DNA from: Verrucomicrobiales bacterium | GTDB lineage: Bacteria; Verrucomicrobiota; Verrucomicrobiia; Verrucomicrobiales; V1-33 | Assembly (NCBI GenBank): GCA_031411295.1 | Contig: JANOAV010000160.1 | Span: 1 to 22,262 of the forward strand | Direction: 5' to 3' | DNA length: 22,262 nucleotides | Shown here: positions 1-8,180 of the stretch, piece by piece | How the letters are laid out: the number at the start of each line of letters is the position of its first letter | Position numbering within the stretch: the stretch's first letter is position 1 | Made by a program: the position numbers and the translations under genes | Notes under the pieces: model-generated | Told to the model about the DNA's origin: nothing | Database searches by the model: none | Seen by the model: only the letters and a program-made list of their open reading frames with translations

Positions 1-127
1 AGGAACGCCCGCCGAGGAGCTGTCCCCGCACCCTGCGCCAACCCGTCAAAGCCTGGCCCAAAACCAAAATCCCCAGCTCCCAACCGCTCGTCAAAACCAT
101 CACCATCACCAATCCTTAAAGGCATTG
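1..127 (+). mobile_element. Right end of an IS4-family insertion sequence
   Basis: The transposase-like tail is followed by CCTTAAAGGCATTG (114-127). Its reverse complement CAATGCCTTTAAGG resembles the (C/T)AATGCC...TTAAG termini of IS4-family elements. Confidence 0.6.
3..119 (+). CDS. C-terminal end of an IS4-family transposase (truncated by the window edge)
   Basis: Frame from nt 3 reads ERPPRSCPRTLRQPVKAWPKTKIPSSQPLVKTITITNP*. The R-S-C-P-R-x-x-R-Q-P-V-x-x-W-P tail resembles IS4-type transposase C-termini. The TAA stop lies inside the putative terminal repeat. Confidence 0.65.
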   Translation, partial: ERPPRSCPRTLRQPVKAWPKTKIPSSQPLVKTITITNP

Positions 128-138
128 GGCTAAAGCCC
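127..138. repeat. REP-type palindrome GGGCTAAAGCCC (probable IS target)
   Basis: Identical to the palindrome at 22024-22035 inside the REP doublet at 21948-22052. Confidence 0.6.
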
Positions 139-231
139 GAAATCCAACGGATTTGCAACAGAATGAACGATGGATGATATGCTGTCTGGTTGCCTTATTT
201 AATGATTCACAATTTACTCACTCTCTAAATT

Positions 232-900
232 ATGTTTGACCCAAATTTACCACAAGCAGGTGCGGAACTTGATGCGGTGTTAATGCGAAATCAGCTCAAT
301 GGTCTGAAGGAACTATTGGATGCGATTCCTACGATTACAAATGCCACAGTGGACAGCACGAATACATTAAGCCCCGGAGAGCAGGCCACGGCTAATGTGT
401 CTATGGCGGGAACCACCATTGGCTTCACATTCGGGATTCCCCAGGGGGCAATCGGCGTCCAGGGGCCGGCCTTTGCCCAAGCGGTGGTGGATAGTGTGAC
501 GACCGTGAATCCCGGAGATTCAGCGAGCGTGGGAGTGAGCTTCGATGGGATTAATGTGCATTTCAACTTCAGCATTCCCCGAGGCCCGGACGGCCAGGCG
601 GGAGCGACGTTCGGGAATACGGTGGTGGATGGGGTGAACACGCTGAACCCCGGGGAAGCTGCCACGGTGCAGACGACCTTCGATGGCAGCAACGTGCGTT
701 TCACCTTCGGCATTCCACGTGGTCAGGACGGGCCGATGGGCCCACCGGGAGAGGTGAGCGGCTTTGCGCTCTCCAATGCCATCGCCGGCACGAGTGCGAA
801 CACGAATATGATTGGGACGCTGGATGTGCCGTTCGCGAACCCGGATTTGGAGTTGCTGCGGCAGAAGCTCAATGAACTGATTCTCAATGGCAGGCGGTGA
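232..900 (+). CDS. Tail-fibre/collagen-like repeat protein (three ~46-aa repeats)
   Basis: 222 aa with three repeats of the form xxVDxxxTLxPGxxAxxxxxxxGxxxxFxFxIPxG, each followed by short G-x-x triplets (GAIGVQGP, GPDGQAGA, GQDGPMGPPGE). The N- and C-terminal segments look helical. Confidence 0.7.
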   Translation: MFDPNLPQAGAELDAVLMRNQLNGLKELLDAIPTITNATVDSTNTLSPGEQATANVSMAGTTIGFTFGIPQGAIGVQGPAFAQAVVDSVTTVNPGDSASVGVSFDGINVHFNFSIPRGPDGQAGATFGNTVVDGVNTLNPGEAATVQTTFDGSNVRFTFGIPRGQDGPMGPPGEVSGFALSNAIAGTSANTNMIGTLDVPFANPDLELLRQKLNELILNGRR

Positions 901-936
901 GCGGGGCACGAAAATCCCGGAGTTTCCACCCGCTGC

Positions 937-2940
937 CTAGATTTCAGACATGAGCAGCGCCTTCATCCGCTCGAAGGCGTCATCCGCTTCGTCTTCGTCA
1001 AGGGGCCGCGATTGGATGTCGTTGTAGGTGATCCACTCAACGTAGCGATCGTCCAATTCACTGATGAAGCTGCTGGGATTGCAGGGGACTTTATCGCCCC
1101 ACTTGGTGCGGGTCATGCAGTAGGTCAGGGTCAGTTTCACCTGCGCCCGGGTGATGCCCACGTAGAGCAACCGACGTTCTTCATCCCGTGAATTTTCCTC
1201 GATGCTGCGTTTGTGCGGCAGGATGCCTTCTTCCAATCCTGGCAGATAAACGATGGGAAATTCCAACCCTTTGCTGGCGTGCATCGTGATCAGACTAACG
1301 CCTTTCTTGCGTTCCAACTGATCCTGCCCGCTCTCGCGCGAATCTTCATCCAGCGTCATCGTGCTCAGGAAATCCACCAACTGCTCCGGCCCGGTCACCA
1401 TGCGCTCGCGGACGCTGGCCATGACTTCCCGCACGGCGGTTTCGCGATTGCTGGCTTCTTCGGGTTCTTTGCAGGAACGGCGGAGGTAGGCAATGTAGTC
1501 GATCTCCGTGATGAGACCTTCGATGATCTCCCAGACGGGCCGTTTCCCTTCCGTGACTTCGAAATGATAGCGGTCATACATTTCCAGGAATGCCTCCACG
1601 GCGTTCTGGCTCTTGGTGCTGAAGAGGCTGCGGAAGCCGGGATTGCGAATCGTGGTGAGGACGGGTTCGTGATTGGCGGAACTTTCTGCGGTGGCTTGCT
1701 CTACAAAGGAATCACCAATGCCACGAGGCGGATTGTTGATGATGCGGAGCAGGTTTACATCATCGGATGGATTTGCCAGGATGCTCAGGTAAGCCAGCAC
1801 GTCCTTGACCTCGCGTTTGTCGAAGAAACTTTGTCCGCCCACGACCTTGTAGGGAATCTTCCACTCGCGGAAGACTTCCTCGAAGGCGCGCGTTTGGCTG
1901 TTGGTGCGGAAGAGGATCGCGAAGTCCTCGTAGGGCCGTGTTTCGATGGCGGCTTGTTCGCGAATCTCATCCACCACCAACTCGGCTTCTTCTTTGTCGC
2001 CCGGCATGGAAATGAGCCGCACTTTTTCTCCCGCATCTTTGCTACTGAAAAGACGCTTGGGGTGCCGATTCTGGTTATGTTTGATGAGTTCGTTGGCGGT
2101 ATTGAGGATCGTGTTGGTGGACCGATAGTTCTCCTCCAGAGTGACGATGGTGGGCTTCGGGAAGAAGCGACCGAAGTCCAGGATGTTCTCAATTTCCGCT
2201 CCGCGCCAGCCGTAGATGGATTGGTCGTCATCGCCCACCACACAGATGTTCTGATGCTTGCCGACGATGTATTTCATCAACTCCATTTGCAGGGAATTCG
2301 TGTCCTGGAATTCGTCCACCATGACGTAGCGCCATTTGTCAGACCAGCGTTGGCGCACGTCGGGATTCTCCCGCAGCACCTGGCATCCGAGCACCAGCAA
2401 GTCATCGAAATCCACCGCATTGAGCAACTTCAACTGCCGGGAATATTCCCGCATCACCATGACCACGAGGCAATCATCCGTGCCGGCCGGGATGCCTTTG
2501 TTGCGCTGCCGACTCCATAGGCCGATGGCTTCGCCTGGCTTCAATTTCTCGTCCTTACCCGCCATCTTCGTAATCAGCTTTTTGACCAGGCTTTCTTGAT
2601 CGCTCCCCGTGTAGATGGTGAAATTTTTCTTATATCCCAGCCGCTCGATATCCGCGCGCAGGATCTTCACACAGAGGCTATGGAAGGTGGAAATGGTGAG
2701 CTTCGATTTCGTGCCCTTGGGGGTATTTTCCACCACCCGTTCCTTCATTTCATTGGCGGCCTTATTCGTAAACGTAACCGCCAGAATCACCTGCGGCGGC
2801 ACGCCCAACTCCAGCAAATGGCAGATGCGCGTCGTGACCGTCCGCGTCTTGCCGGTCCCGGCTCCTGCCAGGATTAGAACAGGGCCTTCAGTGGTTCGAG
2901 CAGCTTGTTGTTGGGCGGGGTTGAGGTCGGAAATGCGCAT
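937..2940 (-). CDS. ATP-dependent SF1A DNA helicase, UvrD/Rep/PcrA family
   Basis: Motifs LNPAQ, AGAGTGKT (Walker A), TFTNKAA, VDEFQD, VGDDDQSIYGWRGA, LEENYRS, TMHASKGLEF and EERRLLYVGITRA. Likely start is MRISDLN at 2940. The short C-terminus is Rep-like. Confidence 0.95.
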   Translation of the reverse strand: MRISDLNPAQQQAARTTEGPVLILAGAGTGKTRTVTTRICHLLELGVPPQVILAVTFTNKAANEMKERVVENTPKGTKSKLTISTFHSLCVKILRADIERLGYKKNFTIYTGSDQESLVKKLITKMAGKDEKLKPGEAIGLWSRQRNKGIPAGTDDCLVVMVMREYSRQLKLLNAVDFDDLLVLGCQVLRENPDVRQRWSDKWRYVMVDEFQDTNSLQMELMKYIVGKHQNICVVGDDDQSIYGWRGAEIENILDFGRFFPKPTIVTLEENYRSTNTILNTANELIKHNQNRHPKRLFSSKDAGEKVRLISMPGDKEEAELVVDEIREQAAIETRPYEDFAILFRTNSQTRAFEEVFREWKIPYKVVGGQSFFDKREVKDVLAYLSILANPSDDVNLLRIINNPPRGIGDSFVEQATAESSANHEPVLTTIRNPGFRSLFSTKSQNAVEAFLEMYDRYHFEVTEGKRPVWEIIEGLITEIDYIAYLRRSCKEPEEASNRETAVREVMASVRERMVTGPEQLVDFLSTMTLDEDSRESGQDQLERKKGVSLITMHASKGLEFPIVYLPGLEEGILPHKRSIEENSRDEERRLLYVGITRAQVKLTLTYCMTRTKWGDKVPCNPSSFISELDDRYVEWITYNDIQSRPLDEDEADDAFERMKALLMSEI

Positions 2941-3059
2941 GGTTGAGTGGTCAGAGAAACGAGGTGACTCGTCCATGGAGCGGATTCAAGATTTCTGCAA
3001 CTGGGGAGGATGAATCATCGCAAAATCGAGTTTTCTTAGCGGAGCACTTGCAACCGCGC

Positions 3060-5225
3060 TCATTCGGACTTCACTCCATCAACGGGAACCAAATCTTTGA
3101 GCCATAGCGGAACTGGTGGCCTCGTCTCTCCCTTGAACCGTTGCCGCCACTCTTCGTCAGTCAACGAAACGGAATCGACTGTTTCATGATATGGCATTAC
3201 CGACCCTCGGCATAATATTTCTGTCCCGCGCCAAGGATACAATACGAACAACACTCGCGGGCGCCCGATTCCAACATGCCAGATCTCTCCTGTTTTCGGA
3301 TCGGAGGCAAGACGGGCCACACGAGCAGCGTCATCTCGTGGAGCCTCAAAGGAATTCCCTTTGTATAACATTAGTTGACCCATGGCAGATCCAAAACCCG
3401 CCAGCCAATCCGATTCATCCGTTGTGAAATCTCGGGATGAAATCTGCTTGTTCGCCAGGACAGCCAACCGATAACACCAGATGGCTAATGTCCGCCATTG
3501 ATTGGATAGCGGACTATTATTTCCGAGTGCCAGCAGGGCCTGCGAACCAGCAAAATCCTTGGGAGACAGAACATCCATCGCATCCTTGCATAGCTCCGCA
3601 CACTCAGCCTTGCTAAGGATGCCATTCATTCTTTTCAAGGGGGTGAGCACTCCCAATTCCAACATGGCGTTGGAAATTTGCCATCGATCAGAATCTAGCA
3701 ATGTGTCATTGGCAATCTTGGCCCTCCAATTCTCGATTTCTTCCCGAGTTTCGCTCAGCGGTCCTAATTTAGATTCAATTTCATCCGCAAACTCTGCCAT
3801 GGCTTGGCAGGTCCCCGCCATGCCATCGAAGAAATCTGGAACTGGCTCGATGAAGGTGGTCGGTAATTCAGGTATTCCATTGTAGCTTATATCCATCTTT
3901 TGTTGAAGAGACCAAGTATGGCGCTGCTGCGCCCAACTAGAGGAGATGGTTTGTAACGTTTTTGTCTTCCAGGCAACTCCCTTCATAAATGCTGGGGCTC
4001 TGTCATCGATTTGCCAAAGCCCGCGCAGCGCCTTGAGATGCTGCCAGCACACGGTCCCATTGGTTGATTGATCCCATCCCCGCAACGGAGTCGGGTTTGC
4101 CCTGGAAGCCCTGCCGACTGGCCATGTGGCATCCAACAATGGTTTGCGGGCTTTTCTGCCGGAAGAAAGCAACAGTTGATTCGCGAGGGGGAAATCCAAC
4201 CAACTCGCAAATTCCAATGCGGAAGGTGGAGGTCCGGCCACTTCAGAGCTTTTCCAAAATGCCTCATCCTCGGGCAAGCCGATGGAAGGGAGAATTCTAA
4301 GGTCATCACCAGGGGTGGGAGCGGTTCGCAGTCTATCATTTGTTGACGCGGCGGATTCGGCTGCTTTCATTTCTGACGACATCAGCGCCCTGGATTGTTT
4401 AAACCATTGCTCATCCAGTGGTTCACGTCCCATTGATTCTAAAACGGCTGAGAATCCATCCATGAACGCCCCGTGGGGTTGCAATCCGTAACGATTCCAA
4501 TCCTGACGAGATCGAAACCCGGTGTCTGAAATTAGCAAATACGACAACAACTCATTATTGTGGTTCAACCTGTGCGGGATCAATTGAAGCCAGCGTGTAG
4601 CTCGGAAGTAGTTTCGTAGCTTGAGCGACTCAGCATAGAAGCCGACAGGGCGAAATACCGTATAGTCGAAACCCTGAAAGTCCGGCTCGACGGGCCCCAG
4701 TTGGATCGGTTTGTGCTGGCCTTGTGCTGCTTCAATTTTCAAGGATTCCTCCACGACGGCCGCCTGCATTTCTTTTGGTAGCAAGGAAATGTCACCATCC
4801 AGAAGTTTCACAGCAACAGAAAGAACGAAAATCCCCCTAGCACGCGCAGCCTCAAGTTGGGCGGCATCGCCCAAATAAGCGCGCTTCGCTTGAACTAGCT
4901 TTTTGAGCGATTCAGTAGTCGCGCCCTCAAGGTCCTGTGCGTGGGCCTTTTCCTGTTGGCGCAACGTTTGCTCGAAAATCACGTGGTAAGTATTCAACAC
5001 CACATCGCTGGTGATGAAGGTAGGCAAGGAACGGTCCAAGTAAACACTGAACGACTGCGATACCTCCTTCTTGCTAACTAATATCTTATTCCGATTCAGC
5101 TGTTCTTGTTCTGCTGAAGTCAACAGCTTAGCCATCAGTTCGTTAGCATTGTCCTGAGGCGCGCACACTATAATTGTTGGCAGCATGCAAGCGAATGCAG
5201 CACACAGAGAAAGAATGGATTTCAT
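3060..5225 (-). CDS. Secreted DUF3160-family protein
   Basis: 721 aa with an N-terminal signal-like sequence. Motifs PTFITSDVVLNTYH, DYTVFRPVGFY, LRNYFRATRWL, SWAQQRHTWSL, FIEPVPDFF and LTDEEWR are characteristic of DUF3160. Confidence 0.8.
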   Translation of the reverse strand: MKSILSLCAAFACMLPTIIVCAPQDNANELMAKLLTSAEQEQLNRNKILVSKKEVSQSFSVYLDRSLPTFITSDVVLNTYHVIFEQTLRQQEKAHAQDLEGATTESLKKLVQAKRAYLGDAAQLEAARARGIFVLSVAVKLLDGDISLLPKEMQAAVVEESLKIEAAQGQHKPIQLGPVEPDFQGFDYTVFRPVGFYAESLKLRNYFRATRWLQLIPHRLNHNNELLSYLLISDTGFRSRQDWNRYGLQPHGAFMDGFSAVLESMGREPLDEQWFKQSRALMSSEMKAAESAASTNDRLRTAPTPGDDLRILPSIGLPEDEAFWKSSEVAGPPPSALEFASWLDFPLANQLLLSSGRKARKPLLDATWPVGRASRANPTPLRGWDQSTNGTVCWQHLKALRGLWQIDDRAPAFMKGVAWKTKTLQTISSSWAQQRHTWSLQQKMDISYNGIPELPTTFIEPVPDFFDGMAGTCQAMAEFADEIESKLGPLSETREEIENWRAKIANDTLLDSDRWQISNAMLELGVLTPLKRMNGILSKAECAELCKDAMDVLSPKDFAGSQALLALGNNSPLSNQWRTLAIWCYRLAVLANKQISSRDFTTDESDWLAGFGSAMGQLMLYKGNSFEAPRDDAARVARLASDPKTGEIWHVGIGRPRVLFVLYPWRGTEILCRGSVMPYHETVDSVSLTDEEWRQRFKGETRPPVPLWLKDLVPVDGVKSE

Positions 5226-5278
5226 GAAGAATTACTAGCAGGAATCTGGAGGGGACGCAAGCATCCAACCGGAATGGT

Positions 5279-5509
5279 TCAAACTTTCTCACGGAGGGAT
5301 CGGGCGGGCCTTTTCCCAACTTTAGTAGCGCCTGTAGCGACTTTCGCGTCGATCAATCCTTTAGGCTGAATCGGCAACCAGTGCTTCGCCTTGCTTTCAG
5401 CTGCGGATTGCTCCTTTGCCCAAGCGAAAAAATTGTTTAAATCGAAACCAAAATCTGCTGCCACGGCAGCTCTGGCGTCACGAACTTCTTGGACAATGTG
5501 GTCTTTCAT
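5279..5509 (-). CDS. Small protein, putative antitoxin/partner of a PIN toxin
   Basis: 76 aa from ATG 5509: MKDHIVQEVRDARAAVAADFGFDLNNFFAWAKEQ. This resembles the 'DxIVxEVRxxRxxxAxxFxxDL' proteins found downstream of PIN genes. Its start overlaps the upstream PIN stop (ATGA). Confidence 0.7.
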   Translation of the reverse strand: MKDHIVQEVRDARAAVAADFGFDLNNFFAWAKEQSAAESKAKHWLPIQPKGLIDAKVATGATKVGKRPARSLREKV

Positions 5510-5691
5510 ATTTGTGGTTTGGTGAGGAGTTCCGGGGTGCAGATAACAGGCATGTGCAGGTGGTGGTAAGTGCAATACTCGAACAATGTCTTCTGTAGCG
5601 TGGCATTCGCAAGATGGGTGCAGTTCCATGTAAGCATGTAATCCATCCGATGCACGATGGCAAAGGCAACATGAGTCGCATCCATCTCCGC
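5506..5691 (-). pseudogene. 5'-truncated PIN/VapC-family toxin fragment (absent from the ORF track)
   Basis: The third minus frame reads AEMDATHVAFAIVHRMDYMLTWNCTHLANATLQKTLFEYCTYHHLHMPVICTPELLTKPQI*, with the DAxH, LTWNCxHxAN and PxICTP motifs. An in-frame TAA lies immediately upstream, so the N-terminal half is missing. Confidence 0.8.
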
Positions 5692-5745
5692 TTACCAGCC
5701 TGCTCATTTGCCTTGAAAATTTCTCCCTCCAGTTTTCATTCCAAG

Positions 5746-6246
5746 ATGAATATACAACGCGAGGGGAAACTGGTGGGTCAGCTGGGGCTGGCCGCTTGGT
5801 CGGGGGCGTTTACGCTTGAGTGGGTGGCGCGAACGATGCATGAGGGGCCGCTGCGGAAGGTGGTGTGGAACAAACGGGAGGATCGCTACACGGTGTTGGA
5901 TGGTGAGGGGACCAAGTTGGCGTGGACAGAATTCCGGCCGAAGCAGGGTTATTTCGTGGTGTTGGCGGATGGCTCCACGCTGCCGAACTTCTGGATTCAA
6001 CGGACTTGGTATCGTCGATATCATCGCATCTGGTTGGATGAGATTGCGTTCCGCCCGGTGATGATGCTGGAAGGACGGGTGCGCGTTTTTGGCAATGATC
6101 GCCTGCGGGTGGAGCATCGCGATTACAAATCAGAAGTGATCTACACCTGCGATCCGGAACTGGAGATGGCCGCGCTGGTGGTTAGTTTCCTGCTCTGGAA
6201 TACTCCGAACTGTAATGCCCGTCCCAGCGATTCCAAGGGAGCGTGA
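5746..6246 (+). CDS. Hypothetical protein (beta-rich with a C-terminal hydrophobic helix, possibly LURP-one/tubby-like)
   Basis: Open 166-aa frame with normal codon usage from ATG 5746. The upstream extension of the ORF overlaps the PIN fragment and is probably spurious. Confidence 0.55.
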   Translation: MNIQREGKLVGQLGLAAWSGAFTLEWVARTMHEGPLRKVVWNKREDRYTVLDGEGTKLAWTEFRPKQGYFVVLADGSTLPNFWIQRTWYRRYHRIWLDEIAFRPVMMLEGRVRVFGNDRLRVEHRDYKSEVIYTCDPELEMAALVVSFLLWNTPNCNARPSDSKGA

Positions 6247-6353
6247 TGACGGAGCGCATGAAGCGCATGAATCGGGTGGGATTTCCGTTGTTTACGTCGG
6301 TGGACATGGTAGGCTGAACTTGGGGAATGATCCCCAATTCATTTCAAAATTTT

Positions 6354-6626
6354 ATGACTATCGACGAAATTAAATCTGCGCTGCGGCAACTGCATGGGGA
6401 ATTGGGGCAATCTGGACCAGTGGATGCTGAGTTACGGGATCTGCTCCAGTTGGTGGAAACGGATATTCACGCGGTGTTGGATCCTGCGGCGGCAGCGGCG
6501 GAGGGTTCCTCCGAGGGGCTGGTAAATCGACTGGATGCCGTGGCTTTGCAATTGGAAGCGAATCATCCGACGCTGGCGCCAGTGCTGCGGCAGGTCGGGG
6601 AGGCGTTGTCGCGCATTGGGATTTAA
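6354..6626 (+). CDS. DUF4404-family protein
   Basis: 90-aa helical protein: LRQLHGEL...DI...LEANHPTLAPVLRQVGEALSRIGI, the typical DUF4404 ending. Confidence 0.85.
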   Translation: MTIDEIKSALRQLHGELGQSGPVDAELRDLLQLVETDIHAVLDPAAAAAEGSSEGLVNRLDAVALQLEANHPTLAPVLRQVGEALSRIGI

Positions 6627-6689
6627 GACCGCACCATGGGGTGGCGGAACGGATGATGCCCGCGTGAAAATCCAAGCAAATTGCTGGGT

Positions 6690-6815
6690 AAAGTAGTCAT
6701 CATCGCTCCGCGTGATGACCAGCAGAACCGCCCTGTGCCAGCGCATCCGTGAATTGCCAGCACCTCGCGTCGATACGTCTCGGCTGCCGTCACGCGGAGC
6801 GATGACGGCTACTTT
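6690..6815. repeat. REP doublet (REPIN-like), family B
   Basis: Left arm AAAGTAGTCATCATCGCTCCGCGTGATG (6690-6717) and right arm CGTCACGCGGAGCGATGACGGCTACTTT (6788-6815) are inverted repeats matching at 25/28, with GTAG/CTAC ends. Confidence 0.85.
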
Positions 6816-7225
6816 GCGGTGGCAGGCGGGGTGAATTTTCCGCTGGGGATGCGCTGCGTTTCTGGGGTGGGGCGGTTCAGGACGTAGCACCAAGCGATGG
6901 TGGTGCCAGTAGGCGTGGTGACGCTTACTTCCATCCGCTGGTATTCGTGCGGTTGCGGGTGCTCTGGCGTGGTGCCTTCATAATGATCCAGCACGGCTAG
7001 GGTGGCGGTGGGATCGTCCAGTTGCCAGAGTTCGCCATGGACCATGGTGGCTGCGGTGGGATCGTGAGCGGCTCCTGGATAGAGGAAATCACGATTGCCT
7101 AGCAGGTAAAGTTTCCCAGGCAGTAGGGCTGGCCCCAGACAAGTGGCGGCATCATGGAGGGCACGGGCGAAGGGGTTGGTGAATCCTCGCTGGAGCGTGC
7201 CATAGACGAAGAGGTGCGGGTTCAT
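6809..7225 (-). CDS. Gamma-glutamylcyclotransferase (GGCT/AIG2-like) family protein
   Basis: HLFVYGTLQRG, YPG, VHGELW, LDHYEG, YQR and AWCY motifs. ATG 7225 overlaps the stop of the upstream glycosyltransferase. Confidence 0.9.
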   Translation of the reverse strand: MNPHLFVYGTLQRGFTNPFARALHDAATCLGPALLPGKLYLLGNRDFLYPGAAHDPTAATMVHGELWQLDDPTATLAVLDHYEGTTPEHPQPHEYQRMEVSVTTPTGTTIAWCYVLNRPTPETQRIPSGKFTPPATAK

Positions 7226-8028
7226 TTTGCAGGGGCCGCTGGGGCGCGCTTCTTCCAGCGTCGCCAACGCCAGGCGGTGGGAAGGCGGAGGAAAAATCCG
7301 GCCATGAGTCGGAGGTGCATCCAAGTTAAGAGGCAATTATCCCGGAAGTATTTGAAGTGGGTCACGCCGCCCTGAGCTTTGGTTAGATACCGCACGGGGC
7401 AGGGGAGGTTAATCGGGCGCACGCCTTCCCACACCAGACGCACGTTGACCTCGGGATCGAAATCATAGCGGCGGGCCCAGCGGATGCCGTGCATCACCCG
7501 GCGGAGTTCTGCGATGGGGTAAAGCTTGAAACCGAAGAGGGAATCACCGATGCCACAAAACAACGTTTCCACATGCATGGTGATGTTGGATAATTTACGG
7601 CCGTGAACTCGGACGCGGGGGGCGGTGGAATCGAAGATGGGTTTGCCGAGGATCATCGCCTCCGGATTGGCGAAGGAGAGGGCCATGAAATCGCGGATTT
7701 TTGCAGCAGGATGCTGGCCATCGGCATCCATGCAGAGGACATGGGTGAAGCCTTTCTTGGCAGCCAAGTCAAGCGCATGGAGAATGGCTCCACCCTTGCC
7801 GCGATTCTTTTCCAGCACGAGGACCCGGAGGAATTGTTCTTGATCATCGCGTCGGAGCGCTTGGAGTTTTTTATCGGTGCCGTCGGTGCTGCCATCCACC
7901 ACCACCCAGATAGGCGACCAGTGGGCCAGTGCTTCGCGCACGACTTCCAAGACCTTATCCCCGGTGTTGTAACTGGGGATAAGCAGAAGATGAGTGCGGG
8001 ATGGGATCTCGTAGGAGCCGGGCGGCAT
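7222..8028 (-). CDS. Glycosyltransferase family 2
   Basis: LLIPSYN, VVVDGSTDGT, NRGKGGA and MDADGQH motifs. Confidence 0.92.
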   Translation of the reverse strand: MPPGSYEIPSRTHLLLIPSYNTGDKVLEVVREALAHWSPIWVVVDGSTDGTDKKLQALRRDDQEQFLRVLVLEKNRGKGGAILHALDLAAKKGFTHVLCMDADGQHPAAKIRDFMALSFANPEAMILGKPIFDSTAPRVRVHGRKLSNITMHVETLFCGIGDSLFGFKLYPIAELRRVMHGIRWARRYDFDPEVNVRLVWEGVRPINLPCPVRYLTKAQGGVTHFKYFRDNCLLTWMHLRLMAGFFLRLPTAWRWRRWKKRAPAAPAK

Positions 8029-8180
8029 TTAATAACAATAGAGTGAAAGCTCAGCGTAGCGCGAAGTGGGAGTGGTTGGCAATTGTGAATTAAAGGAAAG
8101 TGGGGCCGCTGGGTGTGGCCGGTGCGGGTAGGCGCTGCAAGTTGCTTGACGCGGGAGGGGCTTTCCGCTTGGGTTGCGCC

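Noticed and set aside
901..936. Possible terminator hairpin GCGGG...CCCGC between convergent genes
   Set aside because: The stem is short and interrupted and has no U tract on either strand.
1213..2520. 435-aa plus-strand ORF, and other long antisense ORFs over the nuo, nadA and carboxypeptidase genes
   Set aside because: They are shadow frames of well-supported genes in GC-rich DNA and contain no recognisable motifs.
5240..5275. GGGACGCAAGC as a c-di-GMP-I riboswitch
   Set aside because: The GCAAAC/GNRA P2 elements are missing and the orientation is wrong for the neighbouring gene. It is better explained as the minus-strand -35 element.
3037..5694. AGCGGAG inverted match at both ends of the low-GC islet
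   Set aside because: Only 7 nt, which is expected by chance. No attC-like structure or integrase is visible.
5279..5707. 142-aa Cys/His-rich ORF as a metal-binding protein
   Set aside because: The Cys/His-rich part is an alternative frame of the PIN fragment. The real gene most likely starts at 5509.
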